Of a DNA stretch of 57,622 nucleotides, positions 19,825 to 28,432 are shown in pieces. Source of the DNA: Gemmatimonadales bacterium (GTDB lineage Bacteria; Gemmatimonadota; Gemmatimonadetes; Gemmatimonadales; JACORV01); the NCBI GenBank assembly GCA_035559335.1, contig DATMBH010000075.1:1-57622 (forward strand), given 5' to 3'. The position numbers were made by a program, and so were the translations under genes. The notes under the pieces were generated by a model. That model did not search any database and was not told the DNA's origin. It saw only the letters and a program-made list of their open reading frames with translations. Every line of letters begins with the position of its first letter. The stretch's first letter is position 1.

Positions 19825-21059
19825 TGGACGATCTGCGGTTTGCGCCTTTCAAGGGGCTCAGGTACGCTGACCCTACCACGCTCGCCGCACGCCTCGCCCC
19901 GCCGTACGATGTGATTGGTCCGGAACTGCGGCGAGAACTGGCCAGACGAGACCGGGCCAACATCGTGCACGTAGACCTGCCGGTTGCACCTCCTGGCGGC
20001 GATCAGTACAAGGAGGCAGCGGAACTGCTCGGCGCCTGGCTGCGCGGACGGGTGCTGGTCCGCGATGAGTCGCCGAGCGCCTACGTGCTGCGCACCACCA
20101 GCACCGGACTGGACGGCGTTGCCCGCAGCCGCATAGGCGTATTCCTCGCGCTGAAGGCCTTCCCGTTCGAACCGGGGAGCTTCGTCAGGCCACACGAGCG
20201 CACCCACGCTGGCCCCAAGGAGGACCGCCGCCGCCTGACGCTAGCCACGGGCTGCAATCTGAGCCCGATCTTCGTGCTCTCGCCTGACTCTCAGGGAAGT
20301 CTCGCGCGAGAGCTGGATGCGGTCAGCGCCGAACCGCCGTGGGCCAAGGTTGAAGTAGACGGGCAGTTTCACGAGGTGTGGATTGTCACGGGATCGCGGG
20401 CTCTCAAGCTCGCCACCATCGCCAGCGACGACCCGGTCTACATCGCCGACGGCCACCACCGCTATGAGACGGCGGTATTCGTGAAGGAGGAGCTCGCCAA
20501 GTCGAGGGCTTGGTCCTTGGGCGCACAGCGCACGCTGTCGTACGTGGTATCGTTCCGCGACCCCGGGCTCGAGATCCGGCCCACGCATCGCCTGATTCCG
20601 GGCAGGCCGCTGGAGCGGTCTCAGATACTCAAGGCGGCAAGCCCGCTGTTTGCGCGGGCTCAGCCGGGCGAACAGCCGGACTTCACGGTTGTTTTCGCTG
20701 ACGGGTCGGAGGCGGCAATGCGCCTGAGGCCCGGCGCCGACCTGTCAAAAGTGAAAGAGATCGCCCACCAGGCGCTCACCAACCTGCCCGTTGCCATCTG
20801 CGACTATGTGTTCGTCGGGCTCGTGCTGGCCGGTATTGTGAAGAAGGCCCCGGAACCTGGCTACACGCCTGACGAGGCCGAGGCCAGGTCAGCAGTGACG
20901 CAGGGCAAGTGCGCGCTCTCGATCCTGGTCCCGCCGACCACTCTGGAGCAGGTCAAGGCTGTCAGCGACGCAGGCCAGTTCATGCCGCCCAAGAGCACGT
21001 TCTTTGCGCCGAAGGTGCCGACGGGAGTCGTGCTGCGTTCCTTCGAGGGCGAGAGCTGA
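19824..21059 (+). CDS. DUF1015 domain-containing protein
   Basis: RPHERTHAGPKEDRRRLTLATGCNLSPIF and IADGHHRYETA motifs characteristic of DUF1015. Confidence 0.75.
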   Translation: MDDLRFAPFKGLRYADPTTLAARLAPPYDVIGPELRRELARRDRANIVHVDLPVAPPGGDQYKEAAELLGAWLRGRVLVRDESPSAYVLRTTSTGLDGVARSRIGVFLALKAFPFEPGSFVRPHERTHAGPKEDRRRLTLATGCNLSPIFVLSPDSQGSLARELDAVSAEPPWAKVEVDGQFHEVWIVTGSRALKLATIASDDPVYIADGHHRYETAVFVKEELAKSRAWSLGAQRTLSYVVSFRDPGLEIRPTHRLIPGRPLERSQILKAASPLFARAQPGEQPDFTVVFADGSEAAMRLRPGADLSKVKEIAHQALTNLPVAICDYVFVGLVLAGIVKKAPEPGYTPDEAEARSAVTQGKCALSILVPPTTLEQVKAVSDAGQFMPPKSTFFAPKVPTGVVLRSFEGES

Positions 21060-21067
21060 AGGCCAGC

Positions 21068-21994
21068 TCAGGGCCGGACACCGACCAGTCGCTGCCGGCG
21101 CTCGCGCTCGAACAGCTCCTGATCGAGCCACTCGCGTGATGCATCACCGCCGAGGCGCTCGATACCCAGTTTCATGAACCGTGCCGCGTGCGCGACGATT
21201 CGCGGATCGCGCGCGATGCGGTGATGACCGAGGCCCTCGGTTGTGATCAGGGTCGCTCGCGGCCACGCGGCAGCCAGTCGCGCGCCGTTGTTCCACGGCA
21301 CATCCGGATCGTCCTTGTCGTGGAACAGGAGGATGTCCACGCCGCTCAGCACGGAGGCGTGGACCGCCAAATCCAAGTTGTCCCAGGAGAACCGCAGTCG
21401 CTTCTCGGTCCGCCGCATCATGGCCTCGAGCGTTCGCGGTTTCAGACCGAATTGCGTGGCGAAACGATGAGCGTACTCAGCAAGCTCTGACGGGGGTGCG
21501 ATGAACACCGCCCGCCGCAGGTCGAGGCCGTCTCCCAACGCGATGACCGTGGCAGCGACCCCCAGCGAGTGCGCCACGACGCCGTAGAGAGGAGTGGCCG
21601 CCGCTACTGCGCGCAGGGCCCGAGCGGCCTGCACACCCGACGCGTGAAGGCCGTCGGATTCGCCATGCCCCGGAGCGTCGAAGGCCACCACCGAGAAGCC
21701 GCTGGCAACCAGCGGCTCCACGAACACGGCCAGTCTTGCAGCGCGGCTGCCCCAGCCGTGCACCAATGCAACCGCTGGACCCCTGCCCCAGCGCCACACT
21801 GCCACTCGTCGGCCGTCCACCGTGACCCAACTGCGCTGCGCTGCAGCCAGAACGGGCCTGGCAGAGTTTGGCACGCTCGAGGCTGGTGGAGTGCAGAACA
21901 CGCGGTCAGCCAACCACCCCGCAGCCTCCGTCGAGATCGACTGCGTGGTTCTCAGCGCGGCGCGCACTAGGCGCACCTTCCAGTTCTCGCTCAC
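21068..21994 (-). CDS. alpha/beta hydrolase
   Basis: HGWGS oxyanion region, nucleophile elbow AHSLG, C-terminal GLGHHRI. Confidence 0.75.
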   Translation of the reverse strand: MSENWKVRLVRAALRTTQSISTEAAGWLADRVFCTPPASSVPNSARPVLAAAQRSWVTVDGRRVAVWRWGRGPAVALVHGWGSRAARLAVFVEPLVASGFSVVAFDAPGHGESDGLHASGVQAARALRAVAAATPLYGVVAHSLGVAATVIALGDGLDLRRAVFIAPPSELAEYAHRFATQFGLKPRTLEAMMRRTEKRLRFSWDNLDLAVHASVLSGVDILLFHDKDDPDVPWNNGARLAAAWPRATLITTEGLGHHRIARDPRIVAHAARFMKLGIERLGGDASREWLDQELFERERRQRLVGVRP

Positions 21995-22605
21995 TCGTGC
22001 GCTTCCTCTCTGGCGGGAACAACCACCTGCGCCAACAATCGCTCGAAGGCGCCCCGGGCGCGCTCAGCTGCCGCCGGATCCCGCATCAGCCTGCTTCGAT
22101 GGTGATAGGCGAGCATGATGCCGTACAGGTCCTGCGCAAACTCCTCGGCGCTGAAGTCGGCACGAAACGAGCCGGCTTCTACGCCGTGGCGATAGGTCGT
22201 GGCCAGGGCGTCGTACCACTGTTGCTGAAGCCTGATCAGGTGGTCGCGAACGGGGCCGGGTTGATCATCGAGTTCCGCGGACGCGGCAACGAAGATGCAG
22301 CCGCCGGGAAGCTGGTTCCCGGCATCCCACGCTAGCCAGCGCTCGAACAACGCGCGCACCCGGGCTGCTCCACGCCTTTCGCTCAGGGCCGGACGAACCA
22401 CACTGGCGACGAACCGCTCGGCAGCATGATCGAGAACCTGAATCTGGAGTGCTTCCTTCGAGCGGAAGTGCGCGAACAGCCCGCTCTTCGACATGTTGAG
22501 CGAGTCGGCCAACGTGCCTATGGTGAGCCCGTCGAGCCCGACCCGACTGGCCAGGGCCGAGGCCTCGCCCAGGATGTGTTCGCGCGTAAGGGACCCCTTG
22601 GACAT
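21991..22605 (-). CDS. TetR/AcrR family transcriptional regulator
   Basis: N-terminal HTH (REHILGEASALASRVGLDGLTIGTLADSLNMSKSGLFAHF). Start taken at ATG 22605 (MSKGSL...); the track gives GTG 22623. 4-nt overlap with the hydrolase gene. Confidence 0.85.
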   Translation of the reverse strand: MSKGSLTREHILGEASALASRVGLDGLTIGTLADSLNMSKSGLFAHFRSKEALQIQVLDHAAERFVASVVRPALSERRGAARVRALFERWLAWDAGNQLPGGCIFVAASAELDDQPGPVRDHLIRLQQQWYDALATTYRHGVEAGSFRADFSAEEFAQDLYGIMLAYHHRSRLMRDPAAAERARGAFERLLAQVVVPAREEAHE

Positions 22606-22613
22606 TCGACCGG

Positions 22614-22619
22614 ACAATA
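22614..22619 (-). promoter_or_regulatory. -10-like hexamer TATTGT, 8 nt upstream of the TetR ATG
   Basis: The minus strand reads gCTATTGT-ccggtcga-ATG. The same CTATTGT box occurs upstream of the second TetR gene (38763-38768). Confidence 0.35.
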
Positions 22620-22621
22620 GC

Positions 22622-22633
22622 ACGAACGTTCGT
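22622..22633. promoter_or_regulatory. perfect 12-bp palindrome, candidate TetR operator
   Basis: ACGAACGTTCGT sits 2 nt upstream of the -10-like box of the TetR gene, i.e. in the promoter spacer. Confidence 0.4.
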
Positions 22634-22692
22634 ATCGGTCAAGATGGCATTCGTAACGTCGGGCCTCACAGCCAGTTACGGTATGTCAGGTG

Positions 22693-23214
22693 CTATTGTG
22701 CCTTGAGGGCTGCAATGAGGGAGCGGCAGAACTGGGGCAGGTCCGCAGGGGTTCGCGAGCTGATCAGGTTGCCGTCCACGACCACCGGTTCGTCCAGCCA
22801 TTCGGCGCCGGCGTTGACTAGATCGTCCCGAATGGCTCGCACGCTGGTTACACGGCGCCCCCTTACGATTCCCGCCGAGATAGGTACCCAGCCTGCATGA
22901 CAAATGAAGGCGATAGGCTTGCCGTTTTGATGCATCCGGCGGGTTATGTCGAGCAGTCGCGCGGACCGACGCATGTGGTCGGGTGCGTAGCCGCCCGGGA
23001 TGACCAGGGCATCGAAGTCATCGGCGCTGATCTCGTCGACACTGGTGTCCACCGTTAGGGGGTAGCCCTTCTTGCCCTGGTAGGTCTTTTCACCGAGACC
23101 TGCCACCACCGTCCGCGCCCCTTCCTCTTCGAGCCGAATCTTCGGGTACCACAGCTCCAGGTCCTCGTACGACTGTGCCGCGAAGAAGAGCACCGTCTTG
23201 CCGGCCAAGCTCAT
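22693..23214 (-). CDS. DJ-1/PfpI family (PfpI-type) protein
   Basis: 173 aa. AFICHAGWVPISAG nucleophile context, DALVIPGG. 4-nt overlap with the upstream peptidase gene. Confidence 0.85.
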   Translation of the reverse strand: MSLAGKTVLFFAAQSYEDLELWYPKIRLEEEGARTVVAGLGEKTYQGKKGYPLTVDTSVDEISADDFDALVIPGGYAPDHMRRSARLLDITRRMHQNGKPIAFICHAGWVPISAGIVRGRRVTSVRAIRDDLVNAGAEWLDEPVVVDGNLISSRTPADLPQFCRSLIAALKAQ

Positions 23215-24608
23215 GGCATCAGCTCCTTTCCCGCCTTTGCCAGCGGGGGCGGTGGAAGAGCGCGACCGGTAATCTGTCTGAGCGCCTCGGACACCTCGGC
23301 CTCGGTCAGCGGCGCGGTTCCGGCCACCACGCGCATCCAGACCTGCTCCGCCTCGCGGCCGCCAGCGCGCCTAACTGCGGAACGAATCTCCTCTTCGGCC
23401 ACCCTGCGACCGGGGCGCTGTGCGGCCAGGGCCAGCAGTGAGCGGGCCACTTCGTCCAGCGTGCGGCGCCCGGACGAGGCGCGGCGGATGGCGGCATCGA
23501 GGAGCAGGCCGGCGAGCATGCCTTTTCTGTACACGAGCAGATCGGTGTTGTCTCCGCCCAGGCGTTGTCGAGCCTCCTGCGTCATTGTCAGGCGAAGGCG
23601 GTGAGGGATCCTCTCGTAGTTCCGCAACGACTGGTAACAGAGGAAAGCCAGGTCCTCGGCCCTGCCGGTCCACTCCGAGTACAGCCTGGCCGCGTAGTAA
23701 TCCGTCACGCCTTCGATCCACCAGCGTTCGGACTCCATCGCGCCGCCGAACCACAGGTGAATCGTTTCGTGAAACGTGTCGTGCGACCGGGCGATGTCGA
23801 GTATCTCGCTCGGCTCCCACACCAGCCCGATCGCCGAGGTTCCCTGCAGGCTGCCGCTGACGCGTCCCTTGCGGCCCAGGTCTGCCGTATAGCTGACCTC
23901 CGGAACGGGTACCGGTCCCAGCGTCTCGGCCGTGCGGCGCAGGCTCTGGTGGATTACCGCAACGAGGGTCGAGTCGGTGAAGTATCTGGTGCCGCGGATG
24001 GCGAGCCGCCAAGCGCTGCCACCTACCGAGTCTCGGTAGTGACGGAAGTTGGTGCCTGCGGCCAGAACCGATCCGAGCAGTTCGGATCCGTCGGCCGGCC
24101 AGAACTCCCCTTCAACCGCAGGCCAGCCGGCCACGACCGACCAGCCTTGGGGAGCTATCACCCCCACGCGCACGATCGGATAACTGCTGGATGTCTTGGA
24201 GTAGGCAGTGGGATCGGGCGCCACGAGCAGCGCCCGTGTGGCCGCGTAAAGACGCGAGGTGTCCAGTCCCGAGCCTGTGGAGCTGGGTGCCACTCGGTCG
24301 GTGAAATCGACTCTGTATCGGTACCTGATTGCACGGCCTCTCGGTTCGACCACGACTGTCGGCCCGGAGCGACGGAGCTGGATTGGCCGACCTGCGTCGT
24401 CGGTCACCGTGAGGCCTGCGAGCCTCGTCCCCCCGGCACCGGTTGCTGGCACGGTGAGCTGCACGGTCCCGGGACCCGACGTCGTAAGACGGGCCTCCAC
24501 CGTGACGTGCGGTCCATGCGGCTGAATGAGCATGCTGTACACGAGGGTGTCGCGGGTGGCCCCCTGCGTCAGCACCGCTGCGAGCACTAGCGTTGTCGGC
24601 AGGCCCAT
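23211..24608 (-). CDS. secreted HExxH zinc metallopeptidase (M61/gluzincin-like)
   Basis: Signal-like N-terminus MGLPTTLVLAAVLTQG. HETIHLWFGG...WWIEGVTDYY resembles the M61 HEFFHxW...EGxTxYY arrangement. Confidence 0.6.
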   Translation of the reverse strand: MGLPTTLVLAAVLTQGATRDTLVYSMLIQPHGPHVTVEARLTTSGPGTVQLTVPATGAGGTRLAGLTVTDDAGRPIQLRRSGPTVVVEPRGRAIRYRYRVDFTDRVAPSSTGSGLDTSRLYAATRALLVAPDPTAYSKTSSSYPIVRVGVIAPQGWSVVAGWPAVEGEFWPADGSELLGSVLAAGTNFRHYRDSVGGSAWRLAIRGTRYFTDSTLVAVIHQSLRRTAETLGPVPVPEVSYTADLGRKGRVSGSLQGTSAIGLVWEPSEILDIARSHDTFHETIHLWFGGAMESERWWIEGVTDYYAARLYSEWTGRAEDLAFLCYQSLRNYERIPHRLRLTMTQEARQRLGGDNTDLLVYRKGMLAGLLLDAAIRRASSGRRTLDEVARSLLALAAQRPGRRVAEEEIRSAVRRAGGREAEQVWMRVVAGTAPLTEAEVSEALRQITGRALPPPPLAKAGKELMP

Positions 24609-24612
24609 ACAT

Positions 24613-24619
24613 CATTCTA
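24613..24619. promoter_or_regulatory. shared AT-rich block giving back-to-back -10-like hexamers
   Basis: Plus strand: CATTCT (24613-24618), 6 nt, then ATG 24625. Minus strand: TGtAGAAT, i.e. hexamer TAGAAT (24614-24619) preceded by TGn as in an extended -10, then 5 nt, then ATG 24608. The intergenic gap is only 16 bp. Confidence 0.35.
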
Positions 24620-24624
24620 CACTC

Positions 24625-26274
24625 ATGCACCGATTTCTCACGCCCCTACTCGCACTAGCCGCGGTTCCCCTGGCCGCTCAGCAGCCTGCCTCGCTCATCG
24701 TATACGGACGGATCTGGACCGGCGACTCGACTCGCCCGTGGGCCGAGGCGCTTGCGGTGCGTGGGGAGCGAATAGTGGCCCTGGGTTCGCGGGGGGAGAT
24801 CGCGCGTATGGCCGGCCCCGGCACCAGGGTGCTCGACAACGGCCCTGGTTTGGTCACTCCCGGGTTCGCAGACGCGCACACTCACTTCATCAGCGGCGGA
24901 TTTCAGCTGGTGTCCGTGAACCTGCGTGATGCGGACACGCCCGAGGAATTCGTACGTCGCATCGCAGCGTACGCGCGCAACCTGCGGCCGGGCGAGTGGA
25001 TCCTCGGGGGGGACTGGGATCACGAGAGGTGGCGCGGCTCACCGCTGCCGCGTCGCGAGTGGATAGACTCGGTCTCACCCCACAACCCAGTGTTCGTCCA
25101 GCGGCTGGACGGGCACATGGGCGTTGCCAACTCGCTGGCGCTGATGCGCGCCGGGATCGTGCGCGAAACCGCGGCGCCGCCTGGCGGGGAGATAGTGCGC
25201 GACTCTCTGACTGGCGAGCCGACCGGCGTGCTGAAGGACAACGCCATGGCCCGAATGTTCCAGGCCATCCCTCCTCCCACTCAGGAGCAGACCGACAGTG
25301 CCTTGAGCCGGGCGATGCGCCACGCCGTCTCGCTAGGCGTGACCAACGTCCACGTGATGGGCGACTGGAGTGACTTCGCCGCGTTGCGGCGCGCCCACAA
25401 CCGGAGTGCGCTGATCGTCCGCATCCGTGTCTACGTGCCTATCGAAACGTGGCGGCGGCTGGCTGACACCGTGAGAGTGGCTGGACGCGGCGACGAGTGG
25501 CTCTCCTGGGGCGGCTTGAAGGGCTTTATGGACGGATCACTGGGCTCGACGACGGCGGCGTTCTTCGAGCCGTACTTGGACGCTCCCGGGACGCGCGGAC
25601 TTCTGGTAACCGACTCGGCGCGCCGCCGGCAGGAGGTCATCAGCGCCGACAGCGCCGGACTCCAGCTGGCGATTCACGCCATCGGCGATCGGGCGAACGC
25701 CATGCTGCTGGGATTCTTCGAAGCGGCGGTTGCCGTCAACGGCCGCAGGGACCGGCGAGCCCGGATCGAGCACGCGCAGCACCTGAGGCATGCGGACATC
25801 GCCCGTTTCGCCCAGCTCGACGTGACCGCGTCAATGCAGCCGTACCACGTGATTGACGACGGCCGGTGGGCCGGAAACCGCCTCGACTCGGCCAGGCTGG
25901 CTGGCACCTACGCGTTTCGCTCGCTGCTGGATGCCGGCGGCAGGCTGGCATTCGGCAGCGACTGGACCGTGGCTCCCCTCAATCCGCTCGAGGGGTTGTA
26001 CGCGGCGGTGACGCGGCGAACGCTTGACGGTCGCAACCCGGATGGCTGGGTGCCGGCCCAGAAGATCACCCTCGAAGAGGCGCTCCGGGCTTACACGTCC
26101 GCGGTGGCGTGGGCGGGATTCCAGGATCAGCAGATCGGCACGCTGCGCGAGGGGTTGCTGGCGGATTTCGTGCTCCTGGACCGGGACTTGTTCGGGCTTC
26201 CACCAGAGCGGCTGGCGAGCGCACGGGTTCGGGCAACCGTGGTTGGTGGCCGGGTCGTTTATGAGGGAAGTTGA
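24625..26274 (+). CDS. amidohydrolase family protein (Amidohydro_3 / YtcJ-like), secreted
   Basis: ATG at 24625 gives the signal peptide MHRFLTPLLALAAVPLAAQQ. Metal motifs FADAHTHF, AIHAIGD, RIEHAQH, FGSDW. Confidence 0.8.
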   Translation: MHRFLTPLLALAAVPLAAQQPASLIVYGRIWTGDSTRPWAEALAVRGERIVALGSRGEIARMAGPGTRVLDNGPGLVTPGFADAHTHFISGGFQLVSVNLRDADTPEEFVRRIAAYARNLRPGEWILGGDWDHERWRGSPLPRREWIDSVSPHNPVFVQRLDGHMGVANSLALMRAGIVRETAAPPGGEIVRDSLTGEPTGVLKDNAMARMFQAIPPPTQEQTDSALSRAMRHAVSLGVTNVHVMGDWSDFAALRRAHNRSALIVRIRVYVPIETWRRLADTVRVAGRGDEWLSWGGLKGFMDGSLGSTTAAFFEPYLDAPGTRGLLVTDSARRRQEVISADSAGLQLAIHAIGDRANAMLLGFFEAAVAVNGRRDRRARIEHAQHLRHADIARFAQLDVTASMQPYHVIDDGRWAGNRLDSARLAGTYAFRSLLDAGGRLAFGSDWTVAPLNPLEGLYAAVTRRTLDGRNPDGWVPAQKITLEEALRAYTSAVAWAGFQDQQIGTLREGLLADFVLLDRDLFGLPPERLASARVRATVVGGRVVYEGS

Positions 26275-26308
26275 GCCGCGGTTGGCGGCCGGGTAGCTTT
26301 CGCCCCTT

Positions 26309-28432
26309 ATGGCGACCCGTTCGAGGACCGAGACCGCGCCGCACCGCCTGGCCAAGCGTGATCTGCTTGAGATGTACAGGCTGATGCTCCTCTCGCGCCG
26401 ACTCGACGACAAGGAGATCCAGCTCAAGCGTCAGAATAAGATCTTCTTTCAGATCTCGGGTGCTGGTCATGAGGCGGTGCTGGTCGCCGCCGGCAAGGTG
26501 CTGCGGGCCGGATACGACTGGTTCTACCCATACTACCGCGACCGGGCCCTGTGCCTGACGCTCGGGATGACGCCTACCGAGATGCTGCTCTCGGCCGTCG
26601 GCGCCGAGGCCGACCCCAACTCCGGCGGGCGCCAGATGCCCTCGCACTGGGGTCACAAGGCGCTCAACATCGTGAGCCAGTCGAGCCCGACCGGCACCCA
26701 GTGCCTTCAGGCGGTCGGTTGCGCCGAAGCATGGTTGCGCTACGACCGCATTACCGCGATCGCCGACCGCGATCAGCGTATCAAGGGAGACGAGGTCGTC
26801 TACTGCTCGCTCGGGGATGGAACTACTTCCGAGGGCGAGTTCTGGGAGGCGCTTAGCAGCGCCTGCAATCTCAGGCTCCCGGTGCTGTTCCTGATCGAGG
26901 ACAATGGTTACGCGATTTCGGTTCCCGTGGAAGTCAACACTCCGGGCGGATCGATATCGGGGCTGGTTCGCGGGTTCCCGAACCTGTTCGTGGAAGAACT
27001 CGACGGATGTGATCCGGTCGCCTCGTACGAGGGTCTCAATCGCGCCGCGGCGTGGTGTCGCCAGAGGAAGGGCCCGGCGCTGGTACATGCTCGTGTGATC
27101 CGGCCCTACTCTCACTCGCTGTCGGACGACGAGGTGCTCTACAAGCCGGCAGCCGAGCGCGAGCAGGAAGCTAAGCGCGATCCGCTGGTGACGTTCCCCG
27201 CGCGGCTGCTCGCCGATGGCAGCGCCACGCAGGCTGAAATCGACGCGCTGAGAGCCGAGGTGGATGCGGCGGTCGAGGCTGCCGCCGATGCGGCGCTCGG
27301 AGCGCCGCAGCCAGCGCCGGAAACGGCGTTGCGCTTCGTGTACTCGCCCGACGTGGACCCGACGTCCGAGTCGTTCGACACCGAGGACGATCCACAGTTC
27401 AGCGGTGATCCGACCACAATGGTTGACCTGCTGAACCTGTGTCTCAAGGACGAGATGGCACGCGATCCGCGGATCGTGGTCTTCGGTGAGGACGTGGCGG
27501 ACGTTTCGCGCTCGGAGTATCTCGACCAAGTGAAGGGCAAGGGCGGGGTCTTCAAGGTGACCTGGGGCCTGCAGCGGATGTTCGGCGACGAACGGGTTTA
27601 CAACTCGCCCTTGGCGGAGGCCAATATCATCGGTCGCGCGATCGGGCTCGCGACCCGCGGAATCAAGCCGGTGGTCGAGATCCAGTTCTTCGACTACATC
27701 TGGCCCGCCTACATGCAGCTGCGTAACGAGCTTGCAAATCTGAGGTGGCGTTCCAACAACGCGTTCAGCGCGCCCGTTGTCGTGAGGGTCACATACGGTG
27801 GATACCTGAAGGGTGGCGCGCCTTACCACTCGCAGACCGGGGCGTCGGTGTTCACGTCGGTGCCGGGCCTCAGGGTCATCTGCCCCAGCACGGCGCTCGA
27901 CGCGAACGGGTTACTGCGCACCGCGATCCGCTGCGACGATCCGGTGCTGTTCCTGGAGCACAAGCACCTCTACCGGCAGACCTACAACAAGGCACCGTAT
28001 CCAGGCCCGAACTTCTGCATTCCGTTCGGCAAGGCGAAGACGGTACACGAGGGCCGTGACCTGACGATCGTCACGTACGGTGCTGTGGTACAGCGCGCAC
28101 TGGTCGCTGCCAAGGAAGCCGCTGAAAGCCACGGAATCAGCGTCGAAGTAATCGACCTGCGATCGCTTTCTCCGGTGGACTGGGAGGCAATTGCTGCCAG
28201 CGTTCGCAAGACCAACAAGGTGATCGTGGCCTACGAGGACGCGAAGAGCTGGGGCTACGGCGCGGAGCTCGCGGCGCGGATCGCCGACGACCTGTTTGCG
28301 TGGCTCGACGCTCCGGTTCGCAGGGTCGCTTCCCTCGACTCGTTCGTTGCCTACGCCCCGCAGCTCGAAGACGCGATACTGCCGCAGACTTCCGACCTCG
28401 CCGCAGCAATTCGCGAACTGGCCGCGTTCTGA
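26309..28432 (+). CDS. 2-oxoacid dehydrogenase E1 component, fused alpha and beta subunits (TPP dependent)
   Basis: 707 aa. Alpha part has the TPP motif [36 protein letters not shown]. Beta part has [17 protein letters not shown] and a transketolase C-terminal-like end. Confidence 0.85.
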   Translation: MATRSRTETAPHRLAKRDLLEMYRLMLLSRRLDDKEIQLKRQNKIFFQISGAGHEAVLVAAGKVLRAGYDWFYPYYRDRALCLTLGMTPTEMLLSAVGAEADPNSGGRQMPSHWGHKALNIVSQSSPTGTQCLQAVGCAEAWLRYDRITAIADRDQRIKGDEVVYCSLGDGTTSEGEFWEALSSACNLRLPVLFLIEDNGYAISVPVEVNTPGGSISGLVRGFPNLFVEELDGCDPVASYEGLNRAAAWCRQRKGPALVHARVIRPYSHSLSDDEVLYKPAAEREQEAKRDPLVTFPARLLADGSATQAEIDALRAEVDAAVEAAADAALGAPQPAPETALRFVYSPDVDPTSESFDTEDDPQFSGDPTTMVDLLNLCLKDEMARDPRIVVFGEDVADVSRSEYLDQVKGKGGVFKVTWGLQRMFGDERVYNSPLAEANIIGRAIGLATRGIKPVVEIQFFDYIWPAYMQLRNELANLRWRSNNAFSAPVVVRVTYGGYLKGGAPYHSQTGASVFTSVPGLRVICPSTALDANGLLRTAIRCDDPVLFLEHKHLYRQTYNKAPYPGPNFCIPFGKAKTVHEGRDLTIVTYGAVVQRALVAAKEAAESHGISVEVIDLRSLSPVDWEAIAASVRKTNKVIVAYEDAKSWGYGAELAARIADDLFAWLDAPVRRVASLDSFVAYAPQLEDAILPQTSDLAAAIRELAAF

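Noticed and set aside
25340-25360. Other CACGTG-containing sites (also near 29946, 38953, 43008, 48256, 57546) as additional parS copies.
   Set aside because: Only the central hexamer matches. The flanking TGTTNC/GAAACA arms are absent.
26066-27829. 587-aa ORF on the minus strand. Similar long antisense or off-frame ORFs: 50720..52189 (+, 489 aa), 15279..16316 (-, 345 aa), 23565..24590 (+, 341 aa), 41500..42465 (+, 321 aa), 9334..9855 and 4396..5145.
   Set aside because: Each lies antisense to or out of frame with a gene that has unmistakable family motifs. Their translations are Arg/Pro/Gly/Ala-rich low-information sequence, typical of stop-poor alternative frames in high-GC DNA.
28300-28431. 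Upstream extensions of track ORFs, for example 28300 for the SpeE-like gene, 38425 for PBP1A, 41765 for M14, 52336 for OmpA, 45746 and 11136.
   Set aside because: The extensions overlap the preceding genes and encode Arg/Pro-rich sequence. Internal starts give proper signal peptides or family-typical N-termini.
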